Source: a virus (taxonomy: Duplodnaviria; Caudoviricetes). From it: DNA of 25,821 nt. The notes under the pieces were generated by a model that worked only from the letters and a program-made list of their open reading frames with translations, was not told the DNA's origin and did no database searches. The stretch is from the IMG/VR virus record IMGVR_UViG_3300011339_000428, positions 1 through 25,821 of that record. One strand, given 5' to 3'. This document shows, piece after piece, positions 7,113 to 15,105 of this stretch; the stretch's first letter is position 1, and every line of letters begins with the position of its first letter. Made by a program: the position numbers and the translations under genes.

Positions 7113-7985
7113 ATGACGACAGAAAGCATAAGCATTGCCACAAGCGCAATGATGGTGGAACTAAACATCTCATGTTGGACTGCACGCAAACTCGACAAGC
7201 GTGTATCCGAAGAGGTGGACTCAGCGAAGAACACGAAGGTGAAGGCGGGCAACTACCACAAGCATTTGCTTGCAGGGAACCCACATCACGAAGCCGTGAT
7301 CCGATACGCGGCAGGTGCTCGGTTGTGGAATACCAAACAGACTATCCCTTGGTCTGACTCAGGTCCTCGTATCGTCACTATGGAAAACTTATTCAACGGT
7401 GGATACAAACGCACGCTTGATGAAAAGAAAGCGGAGTTCGAGCGCTTAGTTGATGTGTTCGTAGGCATCTACCCTACGCTGATATCAGCGGGTGCATTCC
7501 AACTCGGTGACTTGTTCAATCGTGACGAGTACCCTGAGCCAGACGAGATAGCCAAGAAGTGTCGCTTCTCGTATACGCTAACGCCGATTCCAACGGCTGG
7601 TGCCTTCCGCATCGACATAGGCGAGCAAGCAAAGGCAGAACTGGTAGCCCAGTATGAAACTGCATTCAACGAGCGACTCAACCACGCCATGCGTGATGTG
7701 TGGCAACGACTGTATGAATGCCTGACTCACATGAGCGAACGCCTAGCCAGTGATGACGAAGGCAAACGCAAAGTGTTCCACGGCACGATACTCACCAACG
7801 CACACGAGTTGGTCAACTTGTTGAGCCGACTCAACATTACGAATGACCCCAAGTTAGAGCAAGCAAGGCGCGAGTTGAACGCAGCGCTTACGAACACCGA
7901 TCTTGATACTCTGAAAGAGAGTGATTACATTCGCGAGAATGTGAAAGCCAAGGTTGACGACATTCTTAAACGCTTTGAATGGTAA
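7113..7985 (+). CDS. DUF3150-like helical protein, 290 aa
   Basis: AGGAGG RBS; LNISCWTARKLD N-terminal motif and YPEPDEI resemble DUF3150 (from recall); MoxR/vWA context. The CDS is secure, the family is tentative. Confidence 0.65.
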   Translation: MTTESISIATSAMMVELNISCWTARKLDKRVSEEVDSAKNTKVKAGNYHKHLLAGNPHHEAVIRYAAGARLWNTKQTIPWSDSGPRIVTMENLFNGGYKRTLDEKKAEFERLVDVFVGIYPTLISAGAFQLGDLFNRDEYPEPDEIAKKCRFSYTLTPIPTAGAFRIDIGEQAKAELVAQYETAFNERLNHAMRDVWQRLYECLTHMSERLASDDEGKRKVFHGTILTNAHELVNLLSRLNITNDPKLEQARRELNAALTNTDLDTLKESDYIRENVKAKVDDILKRFEW

Positions 7986-7995
7986 GGAGATAGAT

Positions 7996-8229
7996 ATGAA
8001 ACAGCAAGTGCAAATGGGTGGAGTGAAACTCCAACTGGTAACGAGCCAACTGATTGATGTGATGCGCAAAGCAGAACTACAGCCAGACGAGGTACTCAAC
8101 ATTGTCGTAAACATCTTAGCGAGATCAGCGATCATCACTTGCATGGACAAGAGTGATTTGCTTGAAGCGTTGAGCATGACTTATGACGCGCACCTCAACG
8201 AAGAGAGCAAAGACGAGACACTTAACTGA
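7996..8229 (+). CDS. Hypothetical protein, 77 aa
   Basis: TAAGGAG RBS, ATG 7996. Confidence 0.75.
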   Translation: MKQQVQMGGVKLQLVTSQLIDVMRKAELQPDEVLNIVVNILARSAIITCMDKSDLLEALSMTYDAHLNEESKDETLN

Positions 8230-8238
8230 AAGGGATAT

Positions 8239-9117
8239 ATGAGCGAACAGATGGACTTCACAAAACTACCGTACAAGTACGACCCCAACGCACGACATGA
8301 GTATGCAATCAATCCCGCCTTGCATGTTCTTTTGTGTGATCTCAATATCAAGTTACCAAAGATAGCGTTCGAAGCGGATAGCACAGACGCCGACAGGGTA
8401 GGAGCCGACAGGCACAGATGCGTCAACGGAGTGGTTGTCTACAACAACGAGGAGAAGATCGGCAAGATCAGCATACAGCAAGACTATGTAGATGGTAAGT
8501 TCGTTAATGTGTATCAACTCGACTCACCTCGGATTCAACAGCAACGCGGTATGCGAAACCGAAAGCGTAGCAAGCACTACAAGATAGCAATGAAGTGTGC
8601 GCTAGATGCGTTCAAGGAATTCCCGCCTGACGAGATCGCCAAGACCATGATCGCCGACGCGGGTTATCGCATCATGAACCTACGACAGAATGCAAGCAAT
8701 CTAGTGCAATCATGCGTTAATGTAACTTCAGTCGCGGCTTCCGTATTACAGTACCTAGCCGAAGTACAAGACAACGGACCGCAAGAGTTCCCGCCCATCA
8801 TCATGGACACCAAATGGCGAGACCATCTAGCAACATACAAGATTGTTGATAGTGTGATCAAGGCGTGGGATAGTAAGACTGGCATGCTAGTTAAACTTCT
8901 ACCGAGTGGGGTTATGACGGTGGTGGACTTGACAATCGGAGAAGTGGTGATGGTGACATCTAATACTTACGATTTGCCTGTAGAGTATCAAGAGAAGTTA
9001 GCCATACTCAAGATCATGGAAACTAACCAAGCGATCGAAGGTGTGGGTGTTAAGGTAGAAGATAACAAGATACCGCACATCTACATGACGGAGGGTGCAA
9101 TACAAACGACCTGCTAA
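8239..9117 (+). CDS. Hypothetical phage protein, 292 aa
   Basis: Long ORF, AAGGGA RBS, last gene before the terminators. Confidence 0.85.
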   Translation: MSEQMDFTKLPYKYDPNARHEYAINPALHVLLCDLNIKLPKIAFEADSTDADRVGADRHRCVNGVVVYNNEEKIGKISIQQDYVDGKFVNVYQLDSPRIQQQRGMRNRKRSKHYKIAMKCALDAFKEFPPDEIAKTMIADAGYRIMNLRQNASNLVQSCVNVTSVAASVLQYLAEVQDNGPQEFPPIIMDTKWRDHLATYKIVDSVIKAWDSKTGMLVKLLPSGVMTVVDLTIGEVVMVTSNTYDLPVEYQEKLAILKIMETNQAIEGVGVKVEDNKIPHIYMTEGAIQTTC

Positions 9118-9139
9118 CTAATTAACCTCTCCCTATTAG

Positions 9140-9166
9140 GACAGACTGACATATCGTCAGTTTGTC
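9140..9166. repeat. 27-bp dyad motif, copy 7, doubling as a terminator-like hairpin
   Basis: AG-GACAGACTGAC-ATATC-GTCAGTTTGTC-C followed by a T-tract. Confidence 0.9.
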
Positions 9167-9186
9167 CTTTTTTTATATCTTTTTTC

Positions 9187-9213
9187 GCCTGACCTATTGC
9201 GTCGGGCTTTTTT
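9187..9213 (+). terminator. Intrinsic terminator ending the early operon
   Basis: GCCTGAC-ctattgc-GTCGGGC-TTTTTT. Confidence 0.7.
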
Positions 9214-9225
9214 ATGTGCTATACT
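9197..9225 (+). promoter_or_regulatory. sigma70 promoter for the DNA metabolism operon
   Basis: TTGCGT-17 nt-TATACT with TGc extended -10. Confidence 0.7.
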
Positions 9226-9256
9226 GTGTCAACAATAAATGATTAGGAGTGAGTAC

Positions 9257-9553
9257 ATGGCTATGACACCCGAGGCTAAAGTTAAGAGTAGAGCAAAAGA
9301 GATACTCGATAAGTTAGGTGCATACTATTTCATGCCTGCTACTGGTGGGTATGGGCGTAGTGGAATCCCTGATATCGTAGGTTGCTTCAATGGAGTATTC
9401 TTCGCGATCGAATGCAAAGCGGGCAAGGGAGTCCCTACTGCGCTACAAGAACGAGAGATTAACAAAATTAGAAACGCTGGAGGTAGCGCATGGGTAGTGA
9501 ACGAAATGAATGTCGATCGGTTGTCCAAGATCATGCGCGAGTTGTCCGCGTGA
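9257..9553 (+). CDS. VRR-NUC domain nuclease (Holliday junction resolvase-like)
   Basis: PEAKVK, GIPDIV, AIECKA, PTALQ, GG.AWVV motifs; AGGAG RBS. Confidence 0.9.
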   Translation: MAMTPEAKVKSRAKEILDKLGAYYFMPATGGYGRSGIPDIVGCFNGVFFAIECKAGKGVPTALQEREINKIRNAGGSAWVVNEMNVDRLSKIMRELSA

Positions 9554-9693
9554 CCGTTCCCTACGAAAGTGACCTTGAGATTCGTGGTACGACTTGGCCC
9601 TTCCCTACGCACCCACTAAAACCGTGGACTAAGAAACAAGAAGAGCAATACCAACAACAGCAGAGAAACAAACTACCCGAGGCACCACTATGA
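9550..9693 (+). CDS. Small hypothetical protein (WPFP motif), ~47 aa
   Basis: GTGA and ATGA overlaps on both sides. Confidence 0.55.
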   Translation: MTVPYESDLEIRGTTWPFPTHPLKPWTKKQEEQYQQQQRNKLPEAPL

Positions 9694-9863
9694 AAACAGA
9701 AGATGACGATGACATTCAAGACTACAAGAAGCCTTGGGTTGGGCTGACGGATGAGGAGATTGCAGAGTTCGCGGAAAAAATGGAAGCATCAGACCCAACC
9801 GATAGTTTTTGGCGTGAATTTTCCCGAGCCATTGAAGCCAAACTCAAGGAGAAGAACACATGA
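9690..9863 (+). CDS. Small phage protein, WVGLTDEE...AIEAKLKEKNT type, 57 aa (not in the ORF track)
   Basis: Translation MKTEDDDDIQDYKKPWVGLTDEEI...RAIEAKLKEKNT; ATGA overlaps at both ends. Confidence 0.8.
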   Translation: MKTEDDDDIQDYKKPWVGLTDEEIAEFAEKMEASDPTDSFWREFSRAIEAKLKEKNT

Positions 9864-10192
9864 CTGATGATGACTACGATGCCCTGAGCCAGAAACAGTT
9901 GGCATCAATTAAACGCGATATGCGGATAAGCCTTGAAGACGCGGCGGTTCGCGCTACATACAAAGTGATGGCTGAATTAGAGACAGAGCAAAATCAAGGA
10001 GAAGAACACATGACACATGAACTGATTGCTAAGTTGACAGAAATGTTGGAAGCCCAAACCAAACTGACTGAGACAGCGGTAGATATGCTCAAGCCAGCAA
10101 TCGATGCGGCGTACCAAAAAGGCTACGCTGATGCAATGGGTTGGAAGACACAAAACCATCTTGAACACTTGCCCCCACAGGAGAACACATGA
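9860..10192 (+). CDS. Hypothetical protein, 110 aa, with a probable internal start at 10010
   Basis: AAGGAG RBS before both 9860 and the in-frame ATG at 10010. Confidence 0.7.
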   Translation: MTDDDYDALSQKQLASIKRDMRISLEDAAVRATYKVMAELETEQNQGEEHMTHELIAKLTEMLEAQTKLTETAVDMLKPAIDAAYQKGYADAMGWKTQNHLEHLPPQENT

Positions 10193-10401
10193 CTAAACGA
10201 GAAACCATAGTAACTTTTATCAAGGATATGTTACGCCCAAGAACAATGAAAGAACTCATTGATATCGAGATGCGTGATGCTTTCCTATCAAAGATGCAAG
10301 CGGAGAAGTCGCTTCAGTATGCAACAAGCCTTGTCGAGTACAACCGCCAGCGTATTCGCGTTCTTGAAGAAAGATTAAAAGAGTTGGGAGACAAAGAATG
10401 A
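10189..10401 (+). CDS. Small coiled-coil hypothetical protein, 70 aa
   Basis: AGGAG RBS, ATGA overlap. Confidence 0.75.
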   Translation: MTKRETIVTFIKDMLRPRTMKELIDIEMRDAFLSKMQAEKSLQYATSLVEYNRQRIRVLEERLKELGDKE

Positions 10402-10748
10402 CACCCGAAGACGAAGAATTCACACGCATCGAGATGGAGTCTCGCGTTAAACAAGAGTACGTAAAGTCTATGAACCGCAAACGTCAGATCGCCGAAACGC
10501 GAGATGAGAACAACCGCATGGTTGACGCGCACCAAGCACATGTAATTCAACTAATGGATGAGTTAGCCATAGCAAGGATTGCGGTCAGAGAGTTAGGTGA
10601 TAGGCTTTCCAAAACAGAGAAAACCCAAATTCAAATCAGGAACGAGACGCTAGAAGAGGTTGCGCGTGAGTTTGAGCAAATGGCTATTGCTTTCGGAGTA
10701 GACACAGTGCATAGCTTTATGGTCTTTGTGCGGGAGATGAAGGAATGA
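10398..10748 (+). CDS. Coiled-coil hypothetical protein, 116 aa
   Basis: GGGAG RBS, ATGA overlap. Confidence 0.75.
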   Translation: MTPEDEEFTRIEMESRVKQEYVKSMNRKRQIAETRDENNRMVDAHQAHVIQLMDELAIARIAVRELGDRLSKTEKTQIQIRNETLEEVAREFEQMAIAFGVDTVHSFMVFVREMKE

Positions 10749-11095
10749 TAGACGTATTGTTGAGGGATCAGATTGCTATGGCGGCGATGCAAGCAATGTT
10801 GATACGAGGAGATACAGAGGGCGTAGCAGAAGAAGCTTACCTACAAGCAGACAGGATGCTTGAGGCAAAAGTCAAAGCCCCCGCAAGTGATTGGTTAAGG
10901 GAAGACCCCGCAATTTATTTAGAACTACCAAAAAGAGTAGCAAACGCAGTCAGAGCACAACACATCTTAACTATGGAGGACTTACTAGACACAAGAGCGT
11001 ATTTTTGGTTAAACCGAGTGCCTAACATGGGCGCAATGTCAGCAAAGCAACTATTCACCGCATTGGAAAATCGCGGTCTTAAACTTAAATCTTAA
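10745..11095 (+). CDS. Small phage domain fused to an RNA polymerase alpha-subunit CTD-like domain
   Basis: C-half PAIYLELPKRVANAV..HILTMEDLL..VPNMGAMS..L...GLKL aligns by eye with RpoA CTD (PVDDLELTVRSANCL..AIHYIGDLV..TPNLGKKS..L...GLSL). Confidence 0.8.
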   Translation: MIDVLLRDQIAMAAMQAMLIRGDTEGVAEEAYLQADRMLEAKVKAPASDWLREDPAIYLELPKRVANAVRAQHILTMEDLLDTRAYFWLNRVPNMGAMSAKQLFTALENRGLKLKS

Positions 11096-11113
11096 AGGAA
11101 ATTGGAGAGAACT

Positions 11114-11698
11114 ATGGCAAAGAGATCACAGGCAATGAGCACAAAAGTGCGTAAGTATTTAGCAAAACACCCACTTGCAAAAGCACAAGCCGTCGCCGAC
11201 GCTACTGGTGCAACGGTGCAATACGTCCACAACATTCGGTACGCTGATAAGAAGAAGTGGGAAACAGTATTGGTAGGTACAAGTAAGAAGTCAATTAAAG
11301 CCGACATGGAAGCAGACGCGCAGTTTGAGAAAGATCAAGACAAGCGTAGAGCGCAAGGTTGGCAAGGTCAGCATGTTGGGGATAGGTTTATGGCAGTCCC
11401 AGTAGGGTTTAACGGCATGACTATTCATGACGTTGAGAGAGCATTTGATAAAGCAAACAAGGAAGACATAGTTGCCACACACCACACCGACATGGTGAAC
11501 CATCCGCCACACTACAAGATGGGCGGTATCGAGACTATCGACTTCATTGAGGCTAAAGGGTTTGGCTACAACCTAGGAAACGTAGTTAAGTACATCAGCC
11601 GTGCTGACCACAAGGGAAGCCACTATGAAGACTTGCTCAAAGCGCGTTGGTATTTAAACCGCGAGATCGCTAAATACACACCGCAGGAAACCAAATGA
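11114..11698 (+). CDS. HTH-like N-terminus plus C-terminal DUF3310 (SaV/T7 gp1.7-like) domain
   Basis: VNHPPHY, IETIDFI, GNVVKYISRADHKG, EDLLKARWYL; N-terminal AQAVADATGATVQYVHNI. Confidence 0.85.
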   Translation: MAKRSQAMSTKVRKYLAKHPLAKAQAVADATGATVQYVHNIRYADKKKWETVLVGTSKKSIKADMEADAQFEKDQDKRRAQGWQGQHVGDRFMAVPVGFNGMTIHDVERAFDKANKEDIVATHHTDMVNHPPHYKMGGIETIDFIEAKGFGYNLGNVVKYISRADHKGSHYEDLLKARWYLNREIAKYTPQETK

Positions 11699-11946
11699 CT
11701 ACAAAAGCAAAAGAAGATGATCGCGTTGAACTGCACAAGTACACGACCTTCAAACTAAATGGCGTAACTTATGTACCACACTACCGAGACGTTAAGAGAT
11801 ACGTTGGCCCGGGGTATCCAAGACATACTACTGATCTGTTTACAGCATCAGACTTGTTTAGTGCTGGCGCTGTGCCAACTATCTCATTTCTCTGGAAGCG
11901 ATCTGAGTTTGGTATCTTAAACACTCACACGGGAAAGATAGGATGA
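11695..11946 (+). CDS. Hypothetical protein, 83 aa
   Basis: AGGA RBS, ATGA overlap. Confidence 0.7.
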   Translation: MTTKAKEDDRVELHKYTTFKLNGVTYVPHYRDVKRYVGPGYPRHTTDLFTASDLFSAGAVPTISFLWKRSEFGILNTHTGKIG

Positions 11947-12383
11947 AAATAAAACTACTACGGCGCTTCTGCGCAGATGAGGTCAAGCTTTTGCTTGAGC
12001 GTATGGATAACAACTTTGAAGAGTTCCAAATCAGCGATAGCAAGTGGGATCCACTACTACCGAATGGAGATGGGTTTGGGCTATTCACTCGGATTGAACA
12101 ACACTGCATCAGAAGCGAGTACAAGGCGCACTACACGAAGTACAAAAAGGCGAAAGTCTATCAAGAAATTCTTGAGCGTGCCATGTCCCCCGCGACAAAT
12201 AGATGGGATTACAGGGAAGAGAAATCGGGGTTGGTAAAACAGGAGATAGGGCCAAAGAAAATGCTAATCAGCAGGGCGCAATACGAGATGGCGAATAAGT
12301 TGTTGCAACAACAAGCACAGTTCATCCCACCACAGCCAAGCACGATGCTTGACCCGTACACCCAACACAACTTAAAACAATGA
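11943..12383 (+). CDS. Hypothetical protein, 146 aa
   Basis: ATGA overlaps at both ends. Confidence 0.75.
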   Translation: MKIKLLRRFCADEVKLLLERMDNNFEEFQISDSKWDPLLPNGDGFGLFTRIEQHCIRSEYKAHYTKYKKAKVYQEILERAMSPATNRWDYREEKSGLVKQEIGPKKMLISRAQYEMANKLLQQQAQFIPPQPSTMLDPYTQHNLKQ

Positions 12384-14239
12384 ACTTAATCACCCTTGAC
12401 TTCGAGACGTTCTATGACAAAGATTTCTCTTTATCCAAATTAACAACTGAAGAATACATTCGCGACGACCGCTTCGAGGTTATCGGTGTAGGAGTAAAAG
12501 TAAATGACGACACAACACAATGGTTCACAGGAAACCACGCCGACACCAGTGAGTTTTTATCTCGCTTTGACTGGGATAGTTCTTTTCTGCTTGCTCATAA
12601 TTGCATGTTTGATGGTGCTATCCTTTCTTGGCGGTTTGGTATTAGGCCAAAAGTACTTCTCGATACTCTAGCAATGCTACGTGCCATTGACGGCACAGAG
12701 GTTGGCAACAGCCTAGCAAAAGCCGCCGAGCGTTATGGCTTGGGGGTAAAGGGTACTGAGGTAGTCGCGGCTATGGGTAAGCGTCGTGCTGACTTCTCCG
12801 CGCAGGACTTGGCGCAGTATGGTGAGTACTGCAGAAACGACGTCAAGCTGACGTATGACCTATTCAATATTCTGCAAGCAAACTTTAATAAGCCAGAGCT
12901 TAAGCTAGTGGATATGACTCTGCGTATGTTCACAGAGCCAACCTTGTATCTTGATTTACCCGTGTTGGAGCAACACCTTGTAGTTGTGCAAGAGAAGAAG
13001 GAAGCTCTAATCGCCGAGGCATGCGCCGACAAAGAGGTGCTTATGTCCAATCAGAAGTTTGCCGAGCGATTGATTGAGTATGGTGTCCCACCACCCATGA
13101 AGATTAGCCCCACAACAGGTAAGCCTGCGTTGGCTTTGGCTAAGAGCGACGAGGGATTTAAGGCACTGGCAGAGCACTGGGATGAGCGAGTACAAGCACT
13201 TGTTGCCGCACGCCTTGGGACAAAGTCCACACTAGAAGAGACACGCACTCAGAGATTTATCTCCATAGCGAAGCGTGGTAGCCTCCCAGTCCCCCTGAGA
13301 TACTATGCCGCGCACACAGGACGTTGGGGTGGGGACGACAAACTGAACCTACAGAACTTGCCTCGCAAGTCTCCACTAAAGACCGCTATCGTTGCACCCG
13401 AGGGGCATGTCATTATTGATGCCGACTCCTCACAGATCGAGGCGCGGATCGTTGCATGGTTGGCCGGTCAAACAGATTTGGTTGTCCATTTCGAAGAAGG
13501 GAGAGATGTGTACAAGTTGATGGCCGCTAGCATCTATAACAAAGCCGTTGAAGAGGTTAATGACTCCGAGCGTTTCGTAGGTAAAACTACGATTCTTGGT
13601 GCAGGCTACGGCATGGGCTGGCGTAAGTTTCAGATGCAACTCAAAAACTTTGGGGTAAGTCTGGACGACAACATGTGCCAACACATCTTAAAGGTGTACC
13701 GCCAACAGTTTGGACACATCCCTGCGCTTTGGGATGAAGGACACAACACCTTAGAAGCCTTGTCGAGCGAGAAGCTTGTCACTACTACGTTTGGTAAACA
13801 GGCACAGGCAGTGAGCGTACTCCCCGGAATTGGCTACGATCTTCCTAGCGGTTTGCCTCTCAAGTATATGAACTTGCGTGCTACTGAGATTGATGATCGC
13901 GGTCGTCCCCAGTATGTCTACGATACCCGCAAAGGCATGGTTCGTATTTACGGCGGTAAAGTAGTTGAGAACTTATGTCAAGCCTTGGCACGCTGTGTGA
14001 TCGGTGAGCAGATGCTACGGATAGCGAAACGCTACAAGCCAGTTTTGACTGTGCATGATGCCGTGGCGTGCGTAGTATCCGAATCAGAGCGCGATGAGGC
14101 TATTAAATATGTAAACGAATGTATGCGTTGGAGACCCAAGTGGGCCAAGACGCTACCACTAGCGTGTGAGATTGGCGCAGGGCGTAGTTACGCCGACTGC
14201 AGTAAAAAAATGTCTATTGAGAAATGGGGATTGGTATGA
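12380..14239 (+). CDS. polA: Phage family A DNA polymerase with 3'-5' exonuclease and no 5'-3' exonuclease domain
   Basis: ExoI DFET, ExoII AHNCMFD, ExoIII YCRND; TGRW, NLQNLP; motif A DSSQIEAR, motif B RFVGKTTILGAGYG, motif C TVHDA. Confidence 0.95.
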   Translation: MNLITLDFETFYDKDFSLSKLTTEEYIRDDRFEVIGVGVKVNDDTTQWFTGNHADTSEFLSRFDWDSSFLLAHNCMFDGAILSWRFGIRPKVLLDTLAMLRAIDGTEVGNSLAKAAERYGLGVKGTEVVAAMGKRRADFSAQDLAQYGEYCRNDVKLTYDLFNILQANFNKPELKLVDMTLRMFTEPTLYLDLPVLEQHLVVVQEKKEALIAEACADKEVLMSNQKFAERLIEYGVPPPMKISPTTGKPALALAKSDEGFKALAEHWDERVQALVAARLGTKSTLEETRTQRFISIAKRGSLPVPLRYYAAHTGRWGGDDKLNLQNLPRKSPLKTAIVAPEGHVIIDADSSQIEARIVAWLAGQTDLVVHFEEGRDVYKLMAASIYNKAVEEVNDSERFVGKTTILGAGYGMGWRKFQMQLKNFGVSLDDNMCQHILKVYRQQFGHIPALWDEGHNTLEALSSEKLVTTTFGKQAQAVSVLPGIGYDLPSGLPLKYMNLRATEIDDRGRPQYVYDTRKGMVRIYGGKVVENLCQALARCVIGEQMLRIAKRYKPVLTVHDAVACVVSESERDEAIKYVNECMRWRPKWAKTLPLACEIGAGRSYADCSKKMSIEKWGLV

Positions 14240-14442
14240 CAAGAGAAAAGGCGATCGAACTGGCTAAACAAGCTGGGTTTGAGCGGTTGGGGCATACAGA
14301 TAACGATTGGGTTTGCGTGCCAGAAAATATAGAAACCCTCGTGGAACTTGTTGCCTTTGCCGAGCGGAAGGAATGGGAAAAAGAATTTGCTGGGATGGGT
14401 GAATGGGCTTGCGTACATCTTCTTGAAGAAAGAAACAAATGA
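14236..14442 (+). CDS. Hypothetical protein, 68 aa
   Basis: ATGA overlaps at both ends; MTREKAIELAKQAGF. Confidence 0.7.
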   Translation: MTREKAIELAKQAGFERLGHTDNDWVCVPENIETLVELVAFAERKEWEKEFAGMGEWACVHLLEERNK

Positions 14443-15104
14443 ATTACACATGGTCATACTCAAGCATCTCGCTGTTTCAGCAGTGCCCCCGCAAGTACCA
14501 CCGCATGCGGATTGTCAAAGATATCGTCGAGCCACCACAGGAACACTTGCTCTACGGCAGTGCAGTTCATAAGGCAGCCGAAGAGTACATCCGTGACGGT
14601 ACACCGATACCAGAAAAGTACGCCTACATCCAGCCGTTCCTTGACCCACTGAAAGCCTTGTCGGGTGAGAAGCTATGTGAGCATGAGATGGGCTTGACCA
14701 AGGACATGCAACCATGCAAGTTCAGAGACAAGAATGTTTGGTTCCGTGGCATTGCCGACCTGCTTGTTATCGATGGCGATAAGGCACGGATTGTTGACTA
14801 CAAGACTAGCAAATCCAGTAGGTACGCGGACAAGAAGCAACTAGAATTACTGTCCCTTTTGACCTTCAAGCACTTCCCGCAAGTCAAAACAATCAAGGCT
14901 GGCTTGATGTTCTTGGTAGTCAAAGACCTAGTTGCCGCCGAGTTCAATGTAGATCAACAGACCGAGGCTTGGGGCAAGTGGATACCCGAGACAAATCAGC
15001 TAGAGAGTGCGATGATTACAGATGTTTGGAACCCTCGACCGAACTTCACCTGCCGTGGTTGGTGCCCCGTCACTGATTGTGAGCATAACTCTAAAAGGAA
15101 CTGA
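14439..15104 (+). CDS. PD-(D/E)XK nuclease, Cas4/RecB-like, with a probable 4-Cys Fe-S site
   Basis: WSYSS...CPR, G..VH, GIADL, VDYKT, QL, C-terminal CRGWCPVTDC. Confidence 0.9.
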   Translation: MNYTWSYSSISLFQQCPRKYHRMRIVKDIVEPPQEHLLYGSAVHKAAEEYIRDGTPIPEKYAYIQPFLDPLKALSGEKLCEHEMGLTKDMQPCKFRDKNVWFRGIADLLVIDGDKARIVDYKTSKSSRYADKKQLELLSLLTFKHFPQVKTIKAGLMFLVVKDLVAAEFNVDQQTEAWGKWIPETNQLESAMITDVWNPRPNFTCRGWCPVTDCEHNSKRN

Positions 15105-15105
15105 A

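Noticed and set aside
180-9166. 27-bp dyads as a CRISPR array with the Cas4-like nuclease
   Set aside because: Copies are 0.6-3.1 kb apart with genes between them; there are no uniform spacers or cas1/cas2; Cas4-like nucleases are routine in phage replication modules
180-9166. 27-bp dyads as dif/lox-type recombination sites
   Set aside because: The central 5-nt spacers all differ, the arms do not resemble XerC/XerD sites, and no recombinase is in the window
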